IMG/VR virus record: IMGVR_UViG_2740892016_000005 | Reading direction: 5' to 3' (one strand) | Length of the DNA stretch: 38,344 bases | DNA from: a virus | Taxonomy: Duplodnaviria; Heunggongvirae; Uroviricota; Caudoviricetes | Part shown: in pieces, positions 1 through 7,950 of the stretch | How the letters are laid out: each line of letters begins with the position of its first letter | Numbering within the stretch: position 1 is the first letter of the stretch | Position numbers and translations under genes: made by a program | The notes under the pieces: generated by a model | Database searches by the model: none | What the model was told of the DNA's origin: nothing | The model's input: the letters and a program-made list of their open reading frames with translations, nothing else

Positions 1-216
1 TATTCAAAACAGATTCGTTCAGCAATTGAAGACGGTGTAGTGGAACCGCATGAGAAGACAGCAATTAACGACGAGCTGTACCTCTCAATTTCGAAGCTGC
101 AGGAGCATGCAGCACTGGTCTACAAAATTTTTTGCATTTCAGAAAATAATGACGCCCGCGAGTGTGCAGCTCCGGGCGCCGTGGCGTGTCGTGACTGTGG
201 AGAAACTAACGCATGA
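1..216 (+). CDS. Hypothetical early-region protein, 5' end truncated by window edge
   Basis: Frame 1 is open from base 1 to TGA at 214-216 (71 codons, no in-window start). C-terminus ...[17 protein letters not shown] is Cys-rich. Its stop overlaps the ATG of the next ORF (ATGA). Confidence 0.3.
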   Translation, partial: YSKQIRSAIEDGVVEPHEKTAINDELYLSISKLQEHAALVYKIFCISENNDARECAAPGAVACRDCGETNA

Positions 217-551
217 ACAGTTTAACAACACACTACCGTCGCTCGCAACTGATTGCGCTTCCTGTACCGGGTGGAAAAGCGAAGGTGGAGTATTGCTATG
301 CAGTAAATGTACCAGGTGGCAGGGTAATTGTAACCCACAGCTTTGCAGAGTGGGCTGTGGGTGATTTCAACCGGCAAAAGGAGACAGTCCTTTGCGACAA
401 GTTAACCGCTGGTTCAAAGATCACTACGGAGTACCCGTCAGAGTCATTCGTTGGGAGCCGGAAACACAACGGGTTATCTACCTCCGCGAAGGCTATGAGC
501 ATGAATGCTTCAGTCCGCTCGAACAGTTTCGTCGTAAATTCAGGGAAATAG
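213..551 (+). CDS. Hypothetical protein
   Basis: 112-aa ORF; ATG overlaps the upstream stop and the ORF ends 10 nt before the replication-gene ATG (operon-like packing). No motif recognised; Ser-rich C-terminal half. Confidence 0.35.
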   Translation: MNSLTTHYRRSQLIALPVPGGKAKVEYCYAVNVPGGRVIVTHSFAEWAVGDFNRQKETVLCDKLTAGSKITTEYPSESFVGSRKHNGLSTSAKAMSMNASVRSNSFVVNSGK

Positions 552-560
552 AGGTCGGTC

Positions 561-1502
561 ATGAGCACTAAATTAACCGGCTATGTATGGGATGGTTGCG
601 CAGCGTCAGGCATGAAATTATCCAGCGTGGCAATTATGGCACGCCTGGCTGATTTCAGTAATGACGAAGGTGTGTGCTGGCCATCAATTGAAACCATTGC
701 CCGTCAGATTGGCGCGGGGATGAGTACCGTCAGAACGGCTATCGCACGGCTGGAAGCAGAAGGCTGGTTAACGCGTAAGGCGCGTCGCCAGGGTAACCGC
801 AATGCGTCGAACGTCTATCAGCTTAACGTTGCAAAGCTTCAGGCTGCGGCACTTTCTCAACTGTCAGATTCTGACCCGTCAAAATCTGACACATCAAAAT
901 CTGACCCGTCAAAATTTGATGCGTCGAAATCTGGCAAAAAAGCGGGTTTTCACCCGTCAGAATCTGGCGGGGATCCGTCAGTAAAATCAAAACATGATCC
1001 GTCAGATAAAAAACCTTCTCGTCCGGACGCTTCGCAACCGGACACGCAGAAGGCTGAACAGGATTTTTTAACTTGCCATCCTGATGCGGTTGTATTCAGC
1101 CCTAAAAAGCGCCAGTGGGGAACGCAGGATGATTTGACCTGCGCACAGTGGCTCTGGAAAAAAATCATCGCCCTGTACGAGCAGGCCGCCGAATGTGACG
1201 GCGAGGTGGTTCGTCCCAAAGAACCGAACTGGACAGCCTGGGCAAACGAAATTCGCCTGATGTGTGTGCAGGATGGTCGTACTCACAAACAAATCTGCGA
1301 GATGTACAGCCGCGTCAGCCGCGATCCGTTCTGGTGCCGTAACGTGCTTAGCCCGTCGAAGCTGCGGGAAAAATGGGATGAGCTTTCCCTGCGCTTATCG
1401 CCGTCCGTAAGCACGTACACCGAAAAACGCGAAGACCCGTACTTCAAAGCCAGTTACGACAACGTGGACTACAGCCAGATCCCGGCAGGATTCAGGGGGT
1501 GA
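561..1502 (+). CDS. Replication initiation protein, lambda O-like architecture (N-terminal HTH domain, repeat linker, C-terminal domain)
   Basis: 313 aa, RBS agagg upstream. N-terminal HTH-like region (SSVAIMARLADFSNDEGVCWPSIETIARQIGAGMSTVRTAIARLEAEGWL). Central DPSKSD-type peptide repeats are encoded by ~15-bp DNA iterons, as in lambdoid O genes. Assignment by architecture and position, not by search. Confidence 0.6.
   Translation: MSTKLTGYVWDGCAASGMKLSSVAIMARLADFSNDEGVCWPSIETIARQIGAGMSTVRTAIARLEAEGWLTRKARRQGNRNASNVYQLNVAKLQAAALSQLSDSDPSKSDTSKSDPSKFDASKSGKKAGFHPSESGGDPSVKSKHDPSDKKPSRPDASQPDTQKAEQDFLTCHPDAVVFSPKKRQWGTQDDLTCAQWLWKKIIALYEQAAECDGEVVRPKEPNWTAWANEIRLMCVQDGRTHKQICEMYSRVSRDPFWCRNVLSPSKLREKWDELSLRLSPSVSTYTEKREDPYFKASYDNVDYSQIPAGFRG
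862..1013 (+). repeat. Iteron-like direct repeats (candidate replication origin) inside the initiator gene
   Basis: About six tandem 15-bp units of the form CCGTCAAAATCTGAC at 862-935, plus three degenerate spaced copies (CCGTCAGAATCTGGC, CCGTCAGTAAAATCA, CCGTCAGATAAAAAA) up to 1013. Confidence 0.5.
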
Positions 1503-1504
1503 TT

Positions 1505-1993
1505 ATGAGTCTTTTGAATGACGTTCAGAAATTCATTGAAGCCCATCCGGGGTGTACTTCCGGAGACATTGCGGATGCTTTTGCAGGTTACTCACGGCAG
1601 CGCGTTCTGCAGTCAGCAAGCAAGTTACGTCAGAGTGGTCGTGTGGCTCACCGTTGTGAAGGGGATACACGCAGACATTTCCCGCGCCTGACTGAGAGAG
1701 CGCAGGAGGCGGAACCGCAACCAGTTCGTGAAACCAGACCTGTGCGCAATTTCTATGTCGGCACTAACGACCCGCGGGAGATTTTGTGCCTGACCCGCCA
1801 GGCTGAAGAACTGGAGTCCAGGGGCTTATACCGTCGTGCTGCAACCGTGTGGATGGCGGCATTCCGTGAAAGCCACTCCCAGCCAGAACGAAACAATTTT
1901 CTGGCGCGTCGTGAGCGGTGCTTACGGAAAAGCAGCAAGCGCGCTGCATCGGGTGAAGAGTGGTATCTGTCAGGGAATTACGTGGGGGCTTAA
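1505..1993 (+). CDS. Putative transcriptional regulator with PerC-like C-terminal motif
   Basis: ORF 1499..1993 trimmed to ATG 1505 (RBS gggggtga; GTG at 1499 overlaps the upstream stop). Motif LESRGLYRRAATVWMAAF resembles the PerC/Pch-family signature as recalled from memory; the N-terminal region looks winged-helix-like. Confidence 0.5.
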   Translation: MSLLNDVQKFIEAHPGCTSGDIADAFAGYSRQRVLQSASKLRQSGRVAHRCEGDTRRHFPRLTERAQEAEPQPVRETRPVRNFYVGTNDPREILCLTRQAEELESRGLYRRAATVWMAAFRESHSQPERNNFLARRERCLRKSSKRAASGEEWYLSGNYVGA

Positions 1994-2646
1994 TGAGTAA
2001 TAAATATTGCCAGGCGCTGGTGGAGCTGCGGAACAAACCAGCCCATGAACTGAAGGAAGTGGGCGATCAGTGGCGCACGCCGGACAACATTTTCTGGGGA
2101 ATTAACACCCTGTTTGGCCCGTTTGTTCTGGATCTGTTTACTGACGGTGATAACGCCAAATGTGCCGCGTATTACACGGCGGAAGATAACGCGCTGGCGC
2201 ATGACTGGTCAGAACGTCTTGCGGAGCTTAAAGGTGCTGCCTTTGGTAATCCCCCATACAGCCGCGCCAGTCAGCATGAGGGGCAATACATCACCGGCAT
2301 GCGTTACATCATGAAACATGCCAGTGCCATGCGTGATAAGGGCGGGCGCTATGTTTTCCTGATCAAAGCTGCCACCAGCGAAGTGTGGTGGCCGGAAGAT
2401 GCGGACCATATTGCTTTTATTCGCGGGCGTATTGGTTTTGAACTGCCTGCCTGGTTTATCCCGAAGGATGAGAAGCAGGTGCCGACAGGCGCTTTCTTCG
2501 CTGGTGCTATTGCTGTTTTCGACAAGACCTGGAAGGGACCGGCAATCAGCTACATCGGGCGCGATGAACTTGAGGCATGTGGTGAAGCCTTTCTGGTGCA
2601 GGTTCGCCAGCAGGCAGAAAAACTGGTCAGGGAGATGGCGGCATGA
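1993..2646 (+). CDS. Phage Dam-like DNA N6-adenine methyltransferase
   Basis: ATG 1993 overlaps the upstream TAA; ORF track extends to 1960. NPPY catalytic motif (GNPPYS); overall resemblance to phage Dam family proteins of lambdoid nin regions. Confidence 0.8.
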   Translation: MSNKYCQALVELRNKPAHELKEVGDQWRTPDNIFWGINTLFGPFVLDLFTDGDNAKCAAYYTAEDNALAHDWSERLAELKGAAFGNPPYSRASQHEGQYITGMRYIMKHASAMRDKGGRYVFLIKAATSEVWWPEDADHIAFIRGRIGFELPAWFIPKDEKQVPTGAFFAGAIAVFDKTWKGPAISYIGRDELEACGEAFLVQVRQQAEKLVREMAA

Positions 2647-2969
2647 CGACGTTAACTCAATGCCAGCAGCAGGTGCTGGATATGCTGATTTCTTATCAGA
2701 AAGAACGTGGCTTCCCGCCAACCAATCAGGAGGTGGCAACCATGCTGGGATACCGTTCAGTGAATGCAGCGGTAGAACATCTTCGCGCACTGGAGAAAAA
2801 AGGCGTCATCACGATAAAGCGTGGCGTGGCCCGGGGCATCACGCTTCATACCGCGGTGAAGGACGACGACAGCGAGGCGGTCGGGATTATCCGCTCACTG
2901 CTTGTCGGTGAGGAAAACGCCAGGCTGCGTGCAGCCCACTGGTTACATGAGAGGGGCCTGAAAGTATGA
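2643..2969 (+). CDS. LexA N-terminal DNA-binding-domain-like protein lacking the S24 peptidase domain
   Basis: 108 aa; LTQCQQQVLDMLISYQKERGFPPTNQEVATMLGYRSVNAAVEHLRALEKKGVITIKRGVARGITL aligns by eye with the E. coli LexA N-terminal domain ([55 protein letters not shown]...). No Ser/Lys protease domain follows. ATGA overlap with Dam stop. Confidence 0.6.
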   Translation: MTTLTQCQQQVLDMLISYQKERGFPPTNQEVATMLGYRSVNAAVEHLRALEKKGVITIKRGVARGITLHTAVKDDDSEAVGIIRSLLVGEENARLRAAHWLHERGLKV

Positions 2970-3355
2970 AGCTGATCCTGCCTTTTCCGCCCAGCGTGAA
3001 CACGTACTGGCGACACCCCAACAAAGGGGCGTTTGCTGGTAAGAGTCTGATAAGCGCGGCGGGGCGAAAATTCCAGAGCGCGGCGTGCGCAGCAATAGTT
3101 GAGCAGTTACGTCGTCTGCCGAAACCAACGTCGGCACCTGCTTCAGTGGAGATCGTGTTGTTTCCTCCGGATAACCGGATCCGCGATCTGGACAACTATA
3201 ACAAGGCGCTGTTTGACGCCCTGACCCACGCGGGGGTGTGGGAAGACGACAGTCAGGTGAAAAGAATGCTGGTGGAGTGGGGACCGGTTATCCCGGAAGG
3301 GAAGGTCGAGATCACTATCAGTAAGTATGAGAAACCGGCGGGTGCAGCCGCCTGA
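2966..3355 (+). CDS. rusA: RusA-family Holliday junction resolvase
   Basis: 129 aa; LPFPPSVNTYWRH...RDLDNYNKALFDALTHAGVWEDDSQV matches the RusA pattern (PWPPSNNRYYRH...[26 protein letters not shown]). ATGA overlap with upstream gene. Confidence 0.85.
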   Translation: MKLILPFPPSVNTYWRHPNKGAFAGKSLISAAGRKFQSAACAAIVEQLRRLPKPTSAPASVEIVLFPPDNRIRDLDNYNKALFDALTHAGVWEDDSQVKRMLVEWGPVIPEGKVEITISKYEKPAGAAA

Positions 3356-3374
3356 TTAAGAGGAGAAACGAAGT

Positions 3375-4184
3375 ATGAATAATCTGATGGTCATTGATGG
3401 TATTGAAGTTCGTCGTGATGCTTATGGGCGTTACAGCCTGAACGATCTGCATCGCGCAGCAGTAGCATCTGGTGCAAATGCCAGAACCAAGGAGCCAGGA
3501 AAGTTTCTTTCCAGCCAACAAACTGTTGAGCTTGTTCATGAGTTGACCAACACCCAGAATTTGGGTGTTGACCCGGTGAGTGTGATTCATGGGGGAAATG
3601 AACGGGGAACGTATGTCTGCAAAGAACTGGTGTATGCCTATGCAATGTGGATCAGCCCGTCATTCCATCTGAAGGTGATCCGTACTTTCGATATGGTAAC
3701 CAGCACACCGGAAAAATTATCCGGGCAGGCTGCTGACAAGATGCAGGCTGGCGTGATCCTGCTGGACTTTATGCGCCGGGAGTTAAACCTGTCTAACTCT
3801 TCAGTGCTTGGTGCCTGTCAGAAACTCCAGGAGGCTGTTGGCTTACCGAATCTGGCACCGCGCTATGCCATTGATGCTCCTGCTGACGCGCCTGATGGCT
3901 CAAGCCGCCCCACGCTGTCACTGAGTGCACTGCTGAAGCAGTATGGTATCCGCCTGACAGCTAATCAGGCATATCACCAGATGGTGAAACTGGGGATCGT
4001 CGAGCAGCGCGAACGATACAGTCGTACCGCGATTAACAACATCAAAAAATTCTGGTCGCTGACAGCGAAAGGCTGCATGTTCGGCAAGAACATCACCAGT
4101 CCCGCAAATCCGCGCGAGACGCAGCCGCATTTCTTCGAATCCCGATTCCCTGAGCTGTTAAAGCTGCTCGATACCGTTCATTGA
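3375..4184 (+). CDS. KilA-N domain protein (antirepressor-like)
   Basis: 269 aa; N-terminal region (IDGIEVRRDAYGRYSLNDLHRAAVASG...) fits the KilA-N DNA-binding domain; RBS aggag upstream. Confidence 0.7.
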   Translation: MNNLMVIDGIEVRRDAYGRYSLNDLHRAAVASGANARTKEPGKFLSSQQTVELVHELTNTQNLGVDPVSVIHGGNERGTYVCKELVYAYAMWISPSFHLKVIRTFDMVTSTPEKLSGQAADKMQAGVILLDFMRRELNLSNSSVLGACQKLQEAVGLPNLAPRYAIDAPADAPDGSSRPTLSLSALLKQYGIRLTANQAYHQMVKLGIVEQRERYSRTAINNIKKFWSLTAKGCMFGKNITSPANPRETQPHFFESRFPELLKLLDTVH

Positions 4185-4185
4185 G

Positions 4186-5181
4186 GTGACCGTGAGAGCA
4201 CTACTGACCCCTGAAATTGCCCCGCGTATGGGGATCGTATTGTTCAGGCCTGGTTCAGAGCTGATGCCCCTGTTTATGCAGGGGCGTGTCCTGCTGGAGC
4301 CTGAGCCGGAAAGTTATTCATCTTTCGCCAGTGGTGCCGTTCCGGCGGCATCACAACCGCTGGCGGATGATCCTGCCGTTCGGGCCGTGTTCCGCAATGA
4401 GGCAGTGATCCGTCGTGCTGGTGGCGTGGAATGTCTTGAAAGCTGGTTACTTCGTGAAAAGGGCTGCCAGTGGCCTCATTCCGACTGGCACAGCGAGAAC
4501 ATGACCACAATGCGACACGCTCCGGGCGCAATCCGTCTGTGCTGGCACTGCGATAACCAGCTGCGCGATCAGTTCACGGAACGGCTGGAATCAATGGCAA
4601 CGGATAACTGTGCCCGCTGGGTGTTGTCTGTTGTGCGTCGGGATCTCGGTTTTGATGACAGTCACGTTGTGACAATGCCGGAACTGTGCTGGTGGCTGGT
4701 TCGTAATGACCTGGCGGGTGCCTTGCCGGAAAGTGCAGCCCGTAAGGCACTGAGATTACCGAAGCCTGTTGTGCCGTCTGTCACCCGGGAAAGTGACCTT
4801 GTTCCTTCGGTTCCTGCCACCAGCATCATCCAGGATAAAGTGAAAAAGGTGCTGGCGCTGAAAGTGGATCCGGAGTCGCCGGAGTCTTTTATGTTACGCC
4901 CAAAACGTCGCCGCTGGGTTAACGAAAAGTACACGCGCTGGGTTAAGACACAGCCGTGTGCATGTTGTGGAAAGCCTGCTGATGATCCCCACCACCTGAT
5001 AGGTCACGGTCAGAGGGGAATGGGTACAAAAGCGCATGACCTCTTTGTGTTGCCTTTGTGCAGAAAGCATCACGACGAGCTGCATGCGGATACCGTGGCA
5101 TTTGAAGAGAAGTATGGCTCCCAGCTGGAGCTGATATTTCGTTTTATCGATCGTGCGCTGGCAATAGGCGTGCTGGCCTGA
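4186..5181 (+). CDS. DUF968-like phage protein with C-terminal Cys/His (HNH-like) motif
   Basis: 331 aa with GTG start. C-terminal [18 protein letters not shown]...[12 protein letters not shown] resembles HNH/DUF968-type metal-binding motifs found in nin-region proteins. Start codon uncertain. Confidence 0.5.
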   Translation: MTVRALLTPEIAPRMGIVLFRPGSELMPLFMQGRVLLEPEPESYSSFASGAVPAASQPLADDPAVRAVFRNEAVIRRAGGVECLESWLLREKGCQWPHSDWHSENMTTMRHAPGAIRLCWHCDNQLRDQFTERLESMATDNCARWVLSVVRRDLGFDDSHVVTMPELCWWLVRNDLAGALPESAARKALRLPKPVVPSVTRESDLVPSVPATSIIQDKVKKVLALKVDPESPESFMLRPKRRRWVNEKYTRWVKTQPCACCGKPADDPHHLIGHGQRGMGTKAHDLFVLPLCRKHHDELHADTVAFEEKYGSQLELIFRFIDRALAIGVLA

Positions 5182-5198
5182 TTTTGTGGAGGAAGTTG

Positions 5199-5570
5199 AT
5201 GCGTGATATTCAAATGGTTCTTGAACGTTGGGGGGCATGGGCGGCTAATAATCATGAGGATGTGACCTGGTCGTCCATTGCTGCCGGTTTTAAGGGATTA
5301 CTTCCTTCAAAAGTAAAATCCCGTCCGCAATGTTGTGACGATGACGCGATGATCATTTGCGGGTGCATGGCCCGTCTGAAAAAGAACAACAGCGATTTGC
5401 ACGATTTATTAGTAGATTATTATGTAGGTGGTATGACGTTTATGGCGCTTGCCCGTAAACATGGGCGTTCTGATTGCTGGGTTGGGCGCTTATTGCAAAA
5501 GGCAGAAGGCATCATTGAAGGTATGTTGATAATGTTAGAAATAGAATTGGAAATGGACTCAAATATCTAG
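5199..5570 (+). CDS. Q: Late-gene antiterminator Q (phage 21/82-type)
   Basis: ORF 5184..5570 trimmed to ATG 5199 (RBS ggagga). Product [57 protein letters not shown]... matches Q proteins of E. coli lambdoid prophages as recalled; position immediately before the late region. Confidence 0.8.
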   Translation: MRDIQMVLERWGAWAANNHEDVTWSSIAAGFKGLLPSKVKSRPQCCDDDAMIICGCMARLKKNNSDLHDLLVDYYVGGMTFMALARKHGRSDCWVGRLLQKAEGIIEGMLIMLEIELEMDSNI

Positions 5571-5697
5571 AAAGATATTTTATGAGTATCTGGATTTTTA
5601 ATTTGTATTGTTAGCATGAAATTAAGGAGGGTGGACTGTTTGTGCTTTATATTAATGTTTTTGTGGGGATTTAATAACCACTGATTTATTTGAGGGT

Positions 5698-5735
5698 GGC
5701 GCTAATGTACAAGGTTTTTAGTAATTAGCGCCTGC
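5698..5735 (+). promoter_or_regulatory. Perfect 9-bp inverted repeat followed by a T-rich tract; candidate tR'-like terminator or protein-binding site
   Basis: GGCGCTAAT ...17 nt... ATTAGCGCC, then TGCTGGTTTGTTATTTTATTTTGC; lies ~130-165 nt downstream of Q. Confidence 0.3.
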
Positions 5736-5742
5736 TGGTTTG

Positions 5743-7194
5743 TTATTTTATTTTGCTTACTATATTTGTAATAAGTGGGTCAAATTTCTCATCAATAATT
5801 TCAATATATTTTTTTATTGCTAAAGTTCTAATTACTTCCTCCTCACATTCTGCTTCTTTAGCAATTGCTTGAGTGTAATTGTGATGATCACTAATCCCTT
5901 CCTTTTTTATTAACCAATCAAAATCAATATGATACTCCTTGTAGAGGAATTTTTTTACTTCCTCATGTTGAAATACTTCTACTTCTGGTGGCCTATTGCC
6001 AGGGAAAGAAAATAAATCATCTTTAATGTTTTCTCCAACATCTGCATCTCTTACGGCAATAACATTAAGGCCTGCTTTCTTGAATACCTCGACTGCTTGT
6101 CGGACTGCATCTTTATCTCCAATATCAGTGATTTGAATGGATTTAAGAATGTCTCTCCGCTTTGCTCTAATTACTTCACTAAGTAAAACTTTTGCAAACT
6201 GGTCTTCTACGCAAATATGCAGCCCTTTAAACTGCCCATCAGACAGTATTGATCTCACATGAGTTGTTGAAATTCCATCTTTGATATAGACACCAGTCTG
6301 ATCTCTAATAAGTAATTTTCGTGCATCAGGAGGTAAAGCATTTAATATCACACTTGAGTGTGTTGATAATATTATTTGATGTTTTCTACGTTGACATACT
6401 TCCATTAAATATTTTGCAAATTCATACTGTGCGCTTTCATGAAGAGATGTTTCTGGTTCTTCTAGTACGAAAAGACTTTGCTCTGGAGCTGTTTCAAGCA
6501 TATCAACCGTATAAAGAACTCTTCCTTCGCCAAACCCCATGTTATTTTCAGAATAAGAATACCCAAGTCTTTCAACAATACCAATTTCTGAACGACGTGC
6601 TCTATGAGAAATTCCTTGGAATGCGATATCATCATATGGATGACCTATTATTTTTGCCATCTTCAATATTACTGAATGGTCGACGCTTCTTCTCTCTGTT
6701 AAATCAAAGTCTTTACCGCCATAAACACTTATATCTCTACGTTCTACTTTTGGAATATAGACAGTAAAACCAATGTAAAAACAGTGTCTTTCTGGTTGTC
6801 TTTTATATCCAGACCAAGAAGACTTTATGCGAGTGACAGTCACATCTTGTGTTTTCGTTGAATCATTTGTTTCATATTTATAAATGACACTGGCGTCATT
6901 ATCGAAAGGGGCTGGATCGGCTTTAGATACAGGGAAAAAATCTTTAATATATAATCTCTTATATTCACGGGCTGTAACTGGTTTTTTATATGCGCATATT
7001 GCTAACTGCCCAAGAGTGCTTTTCCCAGCGCCGTTTAGCCCTGATATTGCAGTTACCGGAAAATTTATATTTAATGTTAGTTTTTTTATTCCTCGAAATC
7101 CATTTATCTCTAGACTTTTAATTACGGAGCCAAAGTTTGAGTATCTATTTTTATCAAAGTACATGCATTTTAGTATATTTTTTATGTCTGACAT
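5743..7194 (-). CDS. ABC-type (AAA_15/21-like) ATPase with C-terminal TOPRIM-like domain; OLD/PARIS-like candidate defence nuclease
   Basis: 483 aa. Walker A GLNGAGKST; Walker B/D-loop SLFVLEEPETSLH; H-loop ILSTHSS; C-terminal acidic motifs LHICVEDQ and VIAVRDADVGE consistent with TOPRIM. Gene is AT-rich relative to flanks; RBS aggaaag; own promoter-like signals. Confidence 0.85.
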   Translation of the reverse strand: MSDIKNILKCMYFDKNRYSNFGSVIKSLEINGFRGIKKLTLNINFPVTAISGLNGAGKSTLGQLAICAYKKPVTAREYKRLYIKDFFPVSKADPAPFDNDASVIYKYETNDSTKTQDVTVTRIKSSWSGYKRQPERHCFYIGFTVYIPKVERRDISVYGGKDFDLTERRSVDHSVILKMAKIIGHPYDDIAFQGISHRARRSEIGIVERLGYSYSENNMGFGEGRVLYTVDMLETAPEQSLFVLEEPETSLHESAQYEFAKYLMEVCQRRKHQIILSTHSSVILNALPPDARKLLIRDQTGVYIKDGISTTHVRSILSDGQFKGLHICVEDQFAKVLLSEVIRAKRRDILKSIQITDIGDKDAVRQAVEVFKKAGLNVIAVRDADVGENIKDDLFSFPGNRPPEVEVFQHEEVKKFLYKEYHIDFDWLIKKEGISDHHNYTQAIAKEAECEEEVIRTLAIKKYIEIIDEKFDPLITNIVSKIK

Positions 7195-7244
7195 TTTTTA
7201 TCTTTCCTGATATGAATGAGAGTTATCTTTAGAAAAACAATAAA

Positions 7245-7273
7245 TTTATAACATTTAGAGATGTATTCATCAA
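7245..7273 (-). promoter_or_regulatory. Sigma70-like promoter for the ATPase gene
   Basis: On the minus strand: -35 TTGATG, 17-bp spacer, -10 TATAAA, about 45 nt upstream of the ATG at 7194. Confidence 0.4.
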
Positions 7274-7458
7274 TGATTGGGTAAATATCGTGCATTTGTT
7301 GTTTTAAAATCAACCAAGAATGATTTTTATAATTATGTCAATTGCCTTATTATCAATATGGTAATGTTTTCTCAATCTAATTATTGCGGGGAATATATTA
7401 TTTACAATCGTAAATAATCAGATATGCTCTCAAGAGTGGTTACTTCGCCACACAACTT

Positions 7459-7484
7459 AAACCCGCCGTCGAGCGGGTTTTTTT
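7459..7484 (+). terminator. Intrinsic terminator
   Basis: AAACCCGC-cgtcga-GCGGGTTT stem-loop (8-bp stem) followed by a run of 7 T. Confidence 0.6.
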
Positions 7485-7606
7485 GTACCTGTAAACCTGG
7501 TGCAGTACGGTAAACACGCTGGTGGTCGTGAATACTGACTTTTTATCTTGCTGGCTTTTTAGACAAGAGTTATTGGTATGTCATGTTAACCAGAAGGAAA
7601 AAAGAC

Positions 7607-7801
7607 ATGCTAAAACAGCAAGATATGACAGAAACGGCGAAAGTTGTTTTTAATGAATTAAGCATCGAACCGGCAACAGTCGGGGAGATTGCACAAAACA
7701 CATATCTTTCACGCGAACGCTGTCAGTTAATACTGACCCAGTTGGTTATGGCGGGGCTGGCAGATTACCAGTTCGGCTGTTACAGACGCCTTCAGCAATG
7801 A
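7607..7801 (+). CDS. Small hypothetical protein, possibly winged-helix
   Basis: ORF 7583..7801 trimmed to ATG 7607 (RBS aagga); 64 aa; no motif firmly recognised. Confidence 0.4.
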   Translation: MLKQQDMTETAKVVFNELSIEPATVGEIAQNTYLSRERCQLILTQLVMAGLADYQFGCYRRLQQ

Positions 7802-7950
7802 AGGACTTTTAATTTGTGAAAATGGGCGGCTGGTGGGTGTTGGTAGCACCTGCCAGCCATTCGCTCATGCTTACTGGTCACAAGCGAACCACGGCCCACT
7901 GCTTTAGCGCAAAAGCAGAGTGAGCCTACCAGAGTTACGCTTACTGATCC

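Noticed and set aside
50-568. Alternative ORFs 50-364 (+) and 296-568 (-) in the first 0.6 kb
   Set aside because: They overlap the truncated frame-1 ORF and the 213-551 ORF. The latter pair shows stop-start coupling with each other and with the replication gene, so I favour them, though with low confidence.
5623-5690. Strong Shine-Dalgarno AAGGAGG at 5623-5629 followed by a 14-codon hydrophobic ORF
   Set aside because: Start codon spacing is poor and the ORF is very short; it may be a chance occurrence within the late-promoter region. Worth a glance in ribosome profiling, but not called.
6321-7210. Plus-strand ORFs 6321-6767 and 6884-7210 inside the ATPase gene
   Set aside because: They are antisense to a strongly supported ATPase ORF with clear Walker motifs; their products are low-complexity with no start context.
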